From assembly GCF_009914755.1 (NCBI RefSeq), contig NC_060933.1: a stretch of DNA of 64,000 nt; one strand, given 5' to 3'. Shown here piece by piece: positions 13,032 through 26,430 of this stretch (the stretch's first letter is position 1; each line of letters begins with the position of its first letter). Below the pieces are notes generated by a model. That model had not been told where the DNA came from. It saw only the letters and a list, made by a program, of their open reading frames with translations, and searched no databases. Source of the stretch: the human T2T-CHM13v2.0 reference genome, Homo sapiens. The translations under genes were made by a program, and so were the position numbers.

Positions 13032-13460
13032 TGTCAAAGAAAACCAGAGCTCAGGACTATTGCAATATGGAAAAAGAGAGCTCAGTATGGAACTGGGCTC
13101 AACTCTGCATACAGCATGGACATGTGGGAATTCATAGCCAAGAAGCAGGGTGGGTGGCAGTGGATGGGAAATTACTAAGAGGAAACATCAGGGGTAAGGG
13201 GGGATCCTGGCTAAACCAATGTAACAGGACTGGTGCTGAGGGCAGGCCAGGGTGATAGACATCCCCTGCGGGACAGTAGAGGATGAGGAACCTGATTAGA
13301 TGTGGAGGACAATCAGATATGGAAGATTTTGGCTTAACCAACTTAATAGGATTCTTACCAATCCAAGGCAGACGAACGTGGAAGTCCAAAAGTCAGGCCT
13401 ACTTGAGAAAGAGTTCAGGGGAGCCCAAGCAGAGGTTGGTCAAGGAGAGGATCTTTGTCG
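13032..13460 (-). mobile_element. MER31-family solo LTR (ERV1)
   Basis: attactaagaggaaacatcaggggtaaggggg and gatgaggaacctgat match MER31. 4-bp TSD tagg at 13028-13031 and 13461-13464. Confidence 0.88.
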
Positions 13461-14328
13461 TAGGGTGTACTCTGCTCTTCCAGTTCTAGTCTTCCAGATG
13501 TGTTGACGTAATTGCCTTAAATTGTACGTGGTCAAATTATAAACATTATTGAAAAAATTTTAAAAGGCAGTGTATGGAACTACTTACTACCCTAACAAAT
13601 TAATTGCATGTGTTACTTAAAAATATTCTGATATCTCACATTTCTATAATCATTCATAATAGTACATTAGTTAATCCTAAAATCTTATGACCCAATCTAC
13701 CTACCCAATTGGCTGTCTCCATTGAGTCCCTGAATGATCACCTGAAGTTAAGCCAGATTTCCTTTCTATAGATAAAGATGTAGAGGCATAAGAAATTCTA
13801 TTTTTTAAATGACAAGAATTTATTTGAATAAGGCAGAGTCTTGAATCTCTGTACTATAGATCTGTGTTAACCAAATGCATTGACGATACAATTCAATTCA
13901 AACAGCATCCCAGAAATCTCAGAGTGGTGTTGTTGGTTAAATGAATATGCACATATGAAAGAGCCAAAGACTTATTGCTGCCAGTGTTTCTCTTGGTTTT
14001 TAAGGAGTTAGCCAGTGCTCTTTCCCATGACTTCAGTCTGAGCAGGGTCTGTGCCCTCCATTAGGGACCAGCACAACGTTCTTCAGCAGAAAACCACAAC
14101 AGTAGTGGGTTGAGGAGCTCATTTTTTGATGCCTGAAGGCAAACCTTCAAAATTGAATTTTATACTCTCAGGAAGTATTGATTGCAAACTTATTCCTTTA
14201 TAAATCACCAAAGGGAAAAATGACTTGATTTACAGTTAAATGCATATCATTTGGTGATGAGCAAACTCCTGTGAGCTAAAGGAAGAGGTGACACAGACAC
14301 GTTTCCACAGCATTTTCTTGATTCATAT

Positions 14329-14501
14329 TGCAGCTGTCGTCAGTGCTCTGCTCAGGTACCCTCTGACTCCCTTTACTGGCCTTGTGTGCTCACCCTGGCT
14401 TCTGCATATGTTTGCTTCTGAGGGTCACGCACCTGGAACCTTGTTCAGAGGGCTGGACTTGAGCTAGTGGAGCTCCTCCCCACTCCTGGCATGTGCATGA
14501 G

Positions 14502-14552
<51 letters not shown>

Positions 14553-14895
14553 AGCTGGAAGCAGCTGGGAGTTAAGTGCCTTCCACTCCCTTCCCTCAAC
14601 CCTTTGCCAGGTTTTGCTGATGAGTGGTGAAGGAGTATGAAAGGTCACCCTCTTGTCTTAAGTCTGGGCAAACTCTGTGGTATAATTTACACGTTCTCTG
14701 CAGGATCTGTGGTATAATTTACACACCACAGCTCTCTGTAGAATCAGGCTGAGGCTGAGATTTCACCTGAAGTTGCAATCTTGCCTGGCTTCTTCCTCCC
14801 CTCCCTGTTCCCCTCTCCTGGGAGCCCCTCCTTAATAAATCACTTGCCATGAACACTCCACTCTGGGTCTACTTCTGAGGAACTGGCCAAAGACA
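14329..14895 (+). mobile_element. LTR16-family solo LTR (ERVL)
   Basis: 3' end cttaataaatcacttgc...tctgggtctacttctgaggaactggccaaagaca is typical of LTR16. Termini are TG...CA. Confidence 0.75.
14503..14553 (+). repeat. (AC)n microsatellite (~21 perfect units)
   Basis: Read directly from the sequence. Confidence 0.98.
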
Positions 14896-15049
14896 GTGTT
14901 GGAACACTAAGAAATTTAATATGTTATTTGATGCCTTTTATCAGCATCTTTAAAACTATTTCTGTCTCTCATTTGCTAATTTGGACTTTATATGTGCAAG
15001 TGGGGGAATCTTAAAAGTTAATTTAAAAATGAATTGAGGTGTAGATTAT

Positions 15050-15260
15050 AGTTACCATTTACTGAGAGGGCCGTTGTGGGCCAGGTCCTTGACATATTTT
15101 TTTCCACGTTTCATAATAATCTTGCTTTTTAAGGATGAGTTAATTGAAGTCCAGAGAAATTTATTAATGTGCCCAAGTCACAGAGCTAGTAATTGGTAGA
15201 ACCACAATACAAGCCCAGATCTTGTGATGTTGATGTGTTAGCTCTTCCAACCTCCCTGCT
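15050..15260 (-). mobile_element. MIR
   Basis: ccatttactgag...gtgcccaagtcacagagctagtaattggtagaacc. Confidence 0.8.
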
Positions 15261-15964
15261 AACTCTCCTTTCCCCCCTGGGTATTAAAACTTCTATTTCT
15301 AGAGCTATCAAGGAGGCATTCTGGCATCAAAGTTTATGACTTACTAAAATGAAAGGAGACTGTCTCTTTAGGAAGAGATAAAATACATTAGAAAATGCCA
15401 GACTTAATTTCCCAGAATGGGAGTGATTGAAAATAATTTCTAATAAGAGCTTGAGTCATGTCACTTTGTTGTATACAGAGAGACTTTTGTGCGATGTTTG
15501 ACAGAATCTGGGTGGTTCATAGAAACACAAAATTATTCAGCAGGTGACAACGGGACAGGGCATTAGCAATGAGATTTGAGAGCAGGAGATGGAAATTTCT
15601 TTCGTGGCTCTCCCTTTGAGGTGGTCACGCTCGGTCCTGTGACTATAGTGTACCACAGTGCTGTTTAGAAAATGACTTCCTCGGCCCTGAAATGGACCAC
15701 AGTGTCCTGAAAGCCCTAACTCATCACATAGAAGTTATCAGTCCATTGCAGGGAGGTTCTTTAAGAAAATGAAGGGATAATGGCAATGATGGCATGGCCA
15801 TCTAGATGGACTTCCTTCTAGTGTCCGTATTGGGACCTGATTGAATTATTCACTGCTGACACAAGCCCTCTACACAAGTTAAAAATTCAGCAAAAATACA
15901 CAAAAGCCATACTAGAGACCTTTAAAGTTTCTGTATGGTGAAGTCATCAGCATTTATCGCAGAC

Positions 15965-16095
15965 TGTACCTAGTCTTTCTTTCTGGAATGTTCTTCCTCC
16001 ATCCATCTGCCTGGTTATTTCTTACTTGGCTTTTTAAGATGAAGCTCAGGTGTCACTTCCTTCAGGAATGCTTCTCTGATCCCCACAACATGGAC
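15965..16095 (+). mobile_element. L2 fragment
   Basis: ctggaatgttcttcctcc...agctcaggtgtcacttccttcaggaatgcttctctga. Confidence 0.7.
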
Positions 16096-16609
16096 AAAGT
16101 CCCTTTTTAGTAAATTTGTGTGATCGTGTGTAATCATCTAGAAAAAAAATGCTTAGCTTATCATATTGAAAGAATATGTTTTCCTGTTAATCTTCCCACT
16201 AACCATCTGAGGGCCACTTCGGGGTATCGTTTGAGAGGTCAGCATTGTAATGGTAAATCTGAAATGGTAAAGAGTAAAATGAAGTATTTTATTTTTATTG
16301 TATTTTTGCCTTTGAGGCAAGATAGAGTAGCAGAAGGAGCAGGGGCTGAGGTTTTACTCCAAGCTTTCCTATGTTCTTCTTCTGTGACTCAACCTCTCTA
16401 AATTTTATTTTCTTTCACTGTGAAGTCACATGCCAGCACCAAAGTTAGGGAAGATTCCTGAGAATGGTCTAAAGGTTAATAAGATACTGCCCAGCAAATA
16501 TTTGGTGTTCCATAAAGTTTCATAAAGCATACCTCAGATGGACAATGATGGGGAAATAGGTTTGTTAACAGTGGACATGCATCCATTTACTTGTTCTCCC
16601 TATAAACAA

Positions 16610-16867
16610 TTTTTTTTTTTGAGACAGAGTCTCACTCTGTCATCACCCAGGCTGGACTGCAGTGGCAGGATCCCAGCTGATTGAAACCTCCGCCTCCTGG
16701 GTTCAAGCAATTTTTGTGCCTTGGCCTCCTGATGTAGCTGGGATTACAGGCATATGCCACCAAGCCTGGCTAATTTTTAGTAGAGGCAGGGTTTCACCAT
16801 GTTGGCCAGGCTGGTTTCAAACTTCTGGCCTTAAGCAATCTGCCCACCTCGGCCTCCCAAGGTGCTG
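16610..16867 (-). mobile_element. Alu (AluJ-like, slightly 5'-truncated) inserted in an L2 tail
   Basis: Alu body with J-type tctggccttaagcaatctg. Flanked by ataaaca at 16602 and 16868. Confidence 0.95.
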
Positions 16868-17340
16868 ATAAACATTTTACTGAGCATGTACAATATGCCA
16901 GCCACAGGGAATCTACATGTGTACATCATACCTGTGTGATGTACCTCTAGAAGTTTGTAGTCTAGAGGAGGCCTGACATCCCAGCAGCTTCTATGGTGGC
17001 TAATGTAAGAAGCCCCACAAAAGAGGGGGATGATTCATTGTCTACAGAAATCAGGGAGTTCTTCACAGCAGAGTCCACCCTCCAGTGGGGTCTGAAAGAG
17101 TGAGTAAGAGATCTCTGCACAGACGAGATGGAGAAGGAGGCAGTGTTACTTACTGAGGCATGAAGGCTCGTGTTGGGGTGGCATGGATATTGATGGAGTG
17201 TAAGATATGAGAGAACAGTGGCAGGGGACGATGATGGAGAGACAGACAAGGGTCAAGGTGCAGAAGGCCTTTGTGCCCTGCTGTGGGGTTTGGAGTTGAT
17301 ACTGCAGGCACAGCAGAGCCACTGAATTTAGTGATTGGTA
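16868..17340 (-). mobile_element. L2 fragment
   Basis: aacattttactgagcatgtacaatatgccag...ggagtttgatactgcaggcacagcagagccactg (approximate). Confidence 0.7.
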
Positions 17341-17582
17341 ACGAAATAGTTAAATTGAGAGTGCTAGAATGTCTAAATGTGAAGAGTGATCATGTTTATA
17401 TAGATTTCTTAGCTCCTGCCAAGCCTTTTTTTTTACTTTCTTAATTTGGTATTAAAGTTGGAAGTGATTAATAAAGTGATAACATTACTAATTTTTAAAA
17501 CATTCTGGTCTCCTGGCCTTCACATTGTTTTAATGGACTGTAAATGCTTGCATGGGCATGCTTGTTAAATGACTAATGTGGA

Positions 17583-17830
17583 ATCCATTCATTCCTTCAA
17601 CATCTATTTATTGAGAGCCTGCTCTGGACTCTTATAGACCCTGAGGATGGTTAGAGTCCCTGCCTGGTGGAGCCTCCATTGCCATGGGGCAGATGGCAAG
17701 ACTAATAAATATATAAGGGCTATAGAAATTATGGCATGGGAAGAACACAGCAGTGATGGAGGGGTGAGGGGAGTCCTTCTTTAAGGAAGTGCTCTCTCTA
17801 CCTGACTATGAAGAGGAGGGATTAGTGCGG
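17583..17830 (-). mobile_element. L2 3' end
   Basis: cattcattccttcaacatctatttattgagagcct...gtccctgcctggtggagc. Confidence 0.75.
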
Positions 17831-18169
17831 GGTTCCCTGTTTAGGAAATCTTAAATCTTACTGTTTTTCCATTGCTGATTTTAACGTTCTTGGAGTTTAG
17901 TAAGTAGTAGGTTCTCCTCTCTTTTCTCTCTCTCTCTCTCAAAGGCAAAATGAAAACTATATTTATCACCACTTATGGGGCACGTCTGAAGTTCGCTGTA
18001 GGAAAATAAATTTTCTACCTTACAAATATTTCTTTGCTGGGATTTATGCAGAAGGTTTATGATAGCCAGTTTCTAATCTAGAAATCACAGAATTGGATTT
18101 GAGAATAAAAGCATCTTTTTTTTCCCCTTTCACTTCAAAAAGAACACTTAACACTCTTTCTCTTTTTTC

Positions 18170-18385
18170 AATTGAGTCCCTACTCTGTGCTTGGTTTTGT
18201 GCTAAGTGCTTTATGCATACAATCTCTCAACTCCTCAACATGTCTCTGTGAGATATGCATCATCATCTTCGTTTTGTAACTGAAGACATTGAGACTCAGG
18301 GAGATTTTGCTGATCTGCCAAGGTTTGTGGCTCCTAACGTCAAGTCTGCCTCAGGACAGTCATGTCCTAACTACTGTGCCTTCCT
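18170..18385 (-). mobile_element. MIR
   Basis: attgagtccctactctgtgc...gtgctaagtgctttatgc...attgagactcagggag. Confidence 0.8.
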
Positions 18386-20112
18386 GCCCTCCCCTATGGC
18401 CTGGTTTCATTTCTTCCTTTGTTTATTCTCCTGTGACCCTCTCTGTCTAAATATTTTCTTTCTCTCCCTCATTCATTTGGCAAATGTCATCTATTGAGAT
18501 GGCAAACATACCCAGACTGCTGGGCAGTCACTGGGAGGGGATATTCAGGCTTCAATGGAGGGGACTGGACCCATATTGAGTTCTGAAACATGGACAAAGT
18601 CAGAAACGAGGGCCAATGGCCTTGTCTCCAAGAGTGGTTTTCAGTGAGATGGATGCTGCCCCGGCCAGTTTTCAAGGGACACAGATTGACCTCACTTCTG
18701 AATCTCAACAGACAGGATGGAGAGGGGTCTCCATGTCTGGCACTTCATGTACTTTGTCTCGCTTAGTTTTATCCATGGAAACATTTGGTAGATGTCATTG
18801 ACCCTTTCTGCACATAAAGAACTGGAGGCTCAGAGAGGTTATGTGACTTGCCCAAAGCTGCAAGGCTGTTCCAGGTGGTACTGATTTCAACACACAGCTC
18901 ATTTCCAGAATCCAAAATCTTAGTGCTGGAGCTGTCATTCTCAAAGTGGATCCCTTAGAACACTAGCATTGGGGAAAAGGCTGGTTTCTGTAGTCCAGTG
19001 TAGCAAATGGAGCTTTCCATAGCCCGTCTTGGAGAAACACATTCTGCGTCAGCATATTATAGGGTCCATAGGAATCTTTTAATTCTATTTAAACCAGATT
19101 CACAAAGTGTATTTAACCACAGAAATCTTTTCAAAAGAAATAGTCACTAACATAATGAGAAACTAGCGCATGGAATAATGACATACACCTTACTGTCTCC
19201 CCAGTTGTAATTTTGGTAGAGAGAGGATGAAGAGAGAGAGGTTAGGAAGGAAAAAAGAAGACAAAAAGAAAAAAAGACAGTGGTGGAAGGAAAAGGGACA
19301 CAGGAGGTACTCAAATATTTCACAATAAAATTCTAAAATACCTTGTCAGTTTTTCTTTTATTTCCGAGCCTTCTTTCTTGTGCTTTTCAAATTGGTACAC
19401 AAATGTTTCCCTAAGTATATAAGATGAGATAGAAAGATTAATCTCTTTGGGCTGATGACAGTCTTAAATAATGGTCCATGAGGCTGAGAGAGGCCGTCTG
19501 TGCAGGTGACCAAGCCCTAACACCAAGATGTGGGAGCTGAGAGGTGGCATAGGGCCTGGGCCTAGAGGCACCTGCTCCTCTCCCTCATTGCCCAGAGAGA
19601 ATCGAATCTGCTTTCCTTGGCTCCCACAGCAAGGAGGTGACAGAGCGGGGACAACTCCAGCCTCTTGACTCCCAGCCCAGTGTGTTTTTCCCTGCAGCAC
19701 ATTTATTTTTTTTCAGAGTCTGTCTTATGCTCACATATTATTTTCCCTGTTATGCTTAGCCCATCAGCATTTGCTTAGCCAGAGATATTGCCAGCAACAT
19801 AAACCATAAAGATTGTAATTTGCCTGGTTTATTGCTTGCTACAGTCCACAGACTCTTGGCGTAACCTAGGACGGGCTTCTCCTGCATATTTCTTTTGCTC
19901 TTGGTTCTTTGAATAGAATGTGTATATAATTTGGAATCAAGACAAATTTATAATCAATATTGATATTTTTCTCTTATAAATATGCATATATTCCTAATCA
20001 GATATTTAAATGGACTTCCTGGGTTGTTATGGATATTTTTATTAAACATTTTATAGTTTATGCAGATATAAGAGTGACAATATGTATACAGTTTATATTT
20101 AGTTGCTGTTAG

Positions 20113-20268
20113 ACCCTTGCTCTCAAAATGTGGTCCTTGGACCAATATCACTTAGGAACTTTTTCAAAATACAGATCTGGGGCCTCATCCCAGACCTACT
20201 GAATTCAAATCTGAATTTTAATGAAATTCTCAGGTGATTTATATGCTCTTTAAAATTTGAGAAGCCCT
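20113..20268. mobile_element. MER5A-type hAT-Charlie MITE
   Basis: ctcaaaatgtggtccttggacc...cccagacctactgaattc...caggtgatttatatgc...tttgagaagccctg. Confidence 0.85.
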
Positions 20269-20495
20269 GATCTAGAGTACACAAAAAACATTAAGGCCAG
20301 TCTTCGTTTTGTTCATGCCCATTTTTCCCAGTTGCACATTTATATCTTTGACAGAGTGCAACAGCTCTGCACTTTTCATCTTAGAAACTTCATTGTGGGC
20401 TGTTTTCTACATTATTACCTAAGAGAGTATCTATAAAGCATCTCTGAGGCACACAGTTGGTACCTGTCTATCTATCCAACTAGATGGATAGATAG

Positions 20496-20873
<378 letters not shown>

Positions 20874-20894
20874 TAAAAGCTTTATTAAAAACTA

Positions 20895-21328
20895 TGAAAT
20901 GTCTAAGATCTTACCCTACTTTCAAGCTAACAAGTTAGCCTGCCATGATTTCATAGATGATGGCAGAAGACATGAGATTTTGGGGTCAGAGACAGAGGAC
21001 TCTATTACTTTTACACAGCATGTGGCATGAACAGCATATTTGTATCAATTCTCTCTTCCAAAACCCCATGAGTGTGAGGCAGGTGGGACCCAATGGATGC
21101 CTGCACATTCTCTGGATTGTGTTATAGGAGAGGAACCCTGAATTTAGGGAATCTGAATCTTTTAAAATGGACAGTAATTATGCCTGCTCTTTGTTTTGGA
21201 GACACTTTATTTTGGAAGGCTGTTCACTATACAAACATCTTTGAAAAGATAATCCAAAACAAAGGGCAGTCAGTACCTTTCTTTGTGAGATATACAGAAG
21301 TGCTAGAGAGAACTGTCTCCTCCTAATA
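20895..21328 (-). mobile_element. LTR47-like solo LTR (ERVL)
   Basis: agatcttaccctactttcaagctaacaagttagcctgcca...ggagaggaaccctg...aaacatctttgaaaagataatcc. Confidence 0.75.
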
Positions 21329-21929
21329 GGTATTAGAACATCTTTATCATTGGGTTTTAGGACCAATAAATATTTTCTGGTGGCCATGGAAGATATATTT
21401 CCTAATACCTAGATTGTACTCATGGTTGTTTCTATCAGAAACTTTGAGGGGAAACTTCCAGTCTGGGCATTCAGTTAAGCCCCTTACAGGAAAAGAGAAG
21501 TTATAGAAAGGAAACAAGTGGGGTTGTGCATCATAAATAGTAGAGTCACTGGTAGCTCTTCCTAGTGTTGGTTGTCCCATTTTAGTACAGAACCTCCTCT
21601 TATTCTCAAGATGAGAGATGTGACACCGTTCAGAGAACTCTGGAGAAACTCTAACGGATGTTTACAAGATTGGAAAATAGTAGTAGGAAGAAAAGCAGAG
21701 ATAAATTGGGGTTAATAATCATTTTCTAATACAGTAGTCTTGTTGTCCCTAAATGGGTTATCATGCAAAACAGTTAATTTCCCTTTGCTCTGGGTGTCCA
21801 CAAAGAGCCTGAAACTTTTAGAAATATTGTAGAACAGATTTCTTCTTTGACTCAGAGTGTTTCTCAGCTCTCAAAGAACAAGAGAGTTTGGAGAAGGAAA
21901 AACGAATAGTTTTACACAGCATATGACAA

Positions 21930-22104
21930 TAGTATGCTGAGAAATGTTCAGGAACTAGTACTCAAGGATACAGTGGGGTTGGGGTCCTAATTTGTAATGT
22001 TTGCTGATTTCTGCGGTGTAAACATTCCCACCATGAAGTCAGCCAGCTCAAAAAAGTCCTGAAAATTAGACAAAGAAGTACGAGCTGTCTCTAGCAAGCC
22101 ATTG
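21930..22104. mobile_element. MER63-type hAT MITE
   Basis: atttgtaatgtttgctgatttctgcggtgtaaacattcccaccatg. Confidence 0.75.
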
Positions 22105-22325
22105 CAAAACAGTCATAATTAGCAATTTTTCGACAGTGAAGGTAGTTTGATCATGCAAGAGGTTTGTTTGTAGAAACTCTTTTTTGCAAGACCTTTTAAA
22201 ATAATATATGTTCTCTTTGCCCCCGGTGATTCAAGCTAGATTTACCTTAAGGTAGGATGACAGCCTACATGATCTTTTGAAGTTCGTTTCAACAGTGCAA
22301 TTTGATTTTTCGAAAAAGCTTTCCT

Positions 22326-22626
<301 letters not shown>

Positions 22627-24519
22627 AAAGCCTTCCTTAAATTGTGGGTTTAACTAGCTGATTTGCTTCCTTTAAATAAATTGGCCACCAGCTCAGCTTA
22701 TTTCTCTCCTATGGAAGGGCCTGTAGGTGCAGTCTGATTGTCACTGATATTTTTAGAGAAGCAGGAGGTTATTCAGACTTAACCAACCAGTGATGATTCC
22801 TTATACTTGGGTTATATGTAGAACCGTAGTGAATTACAACTTTGGACACAAGGTGCCTGCATCGTTGGTTGGACTGAGATCATGGTAAATCTTCTCTGCA
22901 CTAATGAGGCTTTGTGCCTCTTCAAGAGACTTACCCTGGAATTCCCTCTGGGCTCAGTTTGGCTGTCGATTCTGTAAAGTCCCTCTCTGGAGGGCTCTAT
23001 TGCTGTGTTGACAGCAACATTTTCCCAGAGAATATAACAGTGGCCCACACACTGCAGCTTCAGTGAAGCTCATGATGAGTAAGCCTCCCTCCTGCCTGAA
23101 CTGTGCAGTTCCCGCTGGTGGACTGTGCCTTCACGGACACCGTGCAATGTCCCTATCTTCTGGTGTGTCCGTGCCTGTCATGTGGAGTTTGATACAGTGG
23201 ACTGATTTCTTCTCTGCTGTGTCCTCTCCCTCCTCAATGTTGAGGGATATGTGGAGAGAGCAAACTTGCTGCACTTAGCCCACCCCAGTGAGATGCCCTT
23301 TTCATGGCCTTAACAGGCTGGTCTTTTCTTCTCCCAGCATTTAACAGAAGGGAGGACCTCGACTTTAATGCAGATTTGAGTGCCTCCTTCCCTCTCCCTT
23401 GGGTAATATTGATTAGAAGGCTTCAATTACTTATTTATCAGATTTATAAAATGCTTATCTTGCCAAGGTCTCTGGGCACATGGACAAGAGTAAAAATAAA
23501 CAACAAGCAATAATAATAATAAAAATCCACCAAACATAGGTGCTCATTCTGAAGGCTCTACATGAATGCCATTGGAAGCCTGGTGACATTGATTTAGAGC
23601 TTCCATTACCACTTGACTTTTTTTTTCTTTTCTTTTTATAAAACACACCCACGTCCAAGGGGGCTTGTTCTCCTGCATAAAGCAAATGCATTAACAAGCA
23701 AAGAGATGGAACACATAGATTTGCTGTTGAGGCTAAGGCCAAATTGCAAAGAACTCATATGCCATGTTGCAGAGATCAGTTTCCAACCCCCTCATCTTTT
23801 CTTTTGTGGTGAAGGCAAAAATAGAAGTGAATCTTAAAAGAGGGCTTTGTATTGTCTGTCCCAAATTTTTGTCTAGACACACTGAGACAAATTAGCTTCA
23901 AAAGAGTTTTCTTGTTCTGCAAAAGGGGCAGAATTCTCTGAGGAGGGTGTGCTATGTCATGCCGTAGGGTTGCTGCACCTTTTTTTGTTTTTTTGACACT
24001 GACACAAGAACATCACAGTAGTTGTGGGTTGTTTAAAGGCTTAGCTGTGTGCTGATGATATTGTTTCTCCTCAACTGTTCAAGATCAAGAAGGTGAGGCA
24101 TTTAATTAGATCAGAAAAGAGTGAGCAAGTTTGAAGAACTTTTCTCAACCTGTCAGATCTGAAATCTTAATTCCATGCTGGACTTTCTCTCTGGAGAAGC
24201 CTCCTTCTGTATTCCTGTTTACTTCTGATAAGAGTAAACAAATGGTAGAAATGCTAAAAGGGAACCAAGATACTCTGGACCACCAACACGTCCAGCATTA
24301 ACAACCCACACCACTAGTGGGTCAGGTTAGCATTTCTGGCAGCTAGCCTTTATGATTAGAAAATAAGGCATTATAATGGGACTCTGCGGTTTTTTTTTTC
24401 CTTAAAAATCTGGTTTTGATTATTAACACTCTTGCCATTAGGGAACATTTGGTCTGAGCTACGTGTTAGAGTTCCACCAGTACAAGGGAAGAAAAAAAAC
24501 CTGAGCTATCCCCTTAAAA

Positions 24520-24740
24520 CAGTTGTCATACTATGAACCCCAGGCTCAATCTGACCAGTTGTTTGTTTTTGTAAATAAAGTTTTATTGGAATACAGCCCC
24601 ATTCATTCATTTATGGATTATCTATGGCTGCTTTCATGGTACAGCAGCAGAGTTGAGTAGCTGTGACAGAGACCTTATGTCTCAGAAAACCTAAAATGTT
24701 TACTCTCTGGCCCTTCACAGAAAAGGTTTGCTGACCCCTG
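24520..24740 (+). mobile_element. MER58A hAT-Charlie MITE
   Basis: gtaaataaagttttattggaatacagcc...gaaaaggtttgctgacccctg. Confidence 0.9.
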
Positions 24741-25959
24741 CCTTAATGGAACACATAAGCAAAATATCTAATGAAATAACCATCCACCTCCCGGACTTCC
24801 ACATATTTTGTAATAGGTTGTGGAGATGGGGATCTTGCCCGGTTCAGCTTCTCTGTTTTAGTCAGGCCAGTCCCTAAATCAACGTAGGCAGATGCACAAG
24901 CAGTGAGATGGGAGCAGAAGTTCAAACTTAGGGGAATACCAAGGTCCAGCTCTGCGCAACTTTACCTTAAGAGTCTGTGATTCCCTCTGTGTACACTTCC
25001 ATTTCATATACTAACATGGGTACTGTGTAAAAAGAGAAAGAGACACCTTCAAAGCTACCATCAGGGGTAGCGAATGGTGCTAGACCTCACTGGTCCATAG
25101 TTCCTACTTGATTAGGTCTCAGTTAAGAGCTAGTATATTAGATGGTTATACATGGAAACATAGGTGGATGTTTTTTCCTCTCTAAAAGAAAGCTATGAGC
25201 TATGAAGTTTTCTGGCTTGGATGGGTCAGTGATAATTTCGGGGGTATGGCAGACTTTGTGATATTTTCTTGGGAAGTAAAAGAAAAAAGGTATGGTTCTG
25301 ATAAAGATTCTGTCAGGAATTCTATATTTGAGTCTTTTTTTTGTTATAACATCACACTAATTTTTTTTATACAAAAGACTGTCAGGGTTCAGGGTGCAAA
25401 AGGGTAAATGTGCAGTCTTTGTATGTTCCATTGTCTTTTCTTCCTCTCTTCATAACTTTTGCAGAGAAGGCCAGCCTTGTTTGTATGTTCCGGTGTCCAA
25501 ACCTTATGTGTACAAAGTAACTGTGTGGTTCAGTCAGAAGAAAGGTGATAGGAGTTTTGAGAAACTGGCATTTTGAAAAAGGGCAATTCCTGCCTCTGTA
25601 GGAGTCTTAGTACTTTTAGGATGTCTTAGGAGAACATACAACTGAACACCACCTCTAAAATTAATTTCTACTTACAGCTGAGTGTTTTTATGTATATGTT
25701 TTGTTGACGCTTCTTAAGAGTTCATAACATTCTCTGGTATATCATACTTTTCAGATCATAAGTATACTTTTTTCTTACTCATATAATAACTTTTCATATA
25801 TACAAACATCTAATTCAAGAATTACCCATTAAAGACCTAGCCTTTTTTGCTTCCCGTTGAAAATGTGAATTTTGAGATTAATAAATAATGTATTTTAGTC
25901 ATTTCAGTATAACATTCTTAACTTCGCCGGTTAAAAACAATACCTATTTTCAATGAGAT

Positions 25960-25978
25960 GAATGCCCCCTGGTGGAAA
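25960..25978 (-). promoter_or_regulatory. Candidate CTCF site
   Basis: The minus strand reads TTTCCACCAGGGGGCATTC, matching the CTCF core CCACCAGGGGGC(A/G). Motif match only. Confidence 0.55.
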
Positions 25979-26382
25979 CAGTGGCAAATATTTGCACTGA
26001 TTTGGGGGGCCCACAGACAACAAGAACAAGCATATCAAGTGTAATGATGGAACAATGTAGGCATATAATTGACATAGCTTAGAGAGTGTCTTTAGTTTTT
26101 TAAGTCTATACTTCATTTAAATGCAGTAAATAGAAGATAACATCAAATTGGGAGGGTCAAAACATTCAACAAGGAACTAACTAAACCCTTATTATGGCAA
26201 TTTCTCTAGCGTCTTTCTTTTCAGCTTGGGAATCTCTTAGCTAGTAAAGTCATTTATATCAAGGCTCTTCGTAACGATTTTTTAATGGAGGAATTTTCAA
26301 TAATACCTTGGAGGGTGTTCTAAAACTAAATAGTTGTATAAGAGAGAATTGCTTAAAGGATTATAAGATGGCCTCCAAGAAA

Positions 26383-26430
26383 ACACACACACACACACAC
26401 ACACAAACACACACACCCACAAACAAACAC
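26383..26430 (+). repeat. Interrupted (AC)n microsatellite
   Basis: Read directly from the sequence. Confidence 0.95.

Noticed and set aside
15798-15809. 12-bp palindrome CCATCTAGATGG, and the CTCF-like CCACCAGATGTGG at 47151
   Set aside because: Palindromes of this length occur by chance in 64 kb, and both sites miss key CTCF core positions.
18930-19190. Possible old hAT-Charlie MITE (also 10060-10330)
   Set aside because: TIR-like starts (ttctcaaagt/g) are visible, but the sequence is too diverged to assign by eye. RepeatMasker is needed.
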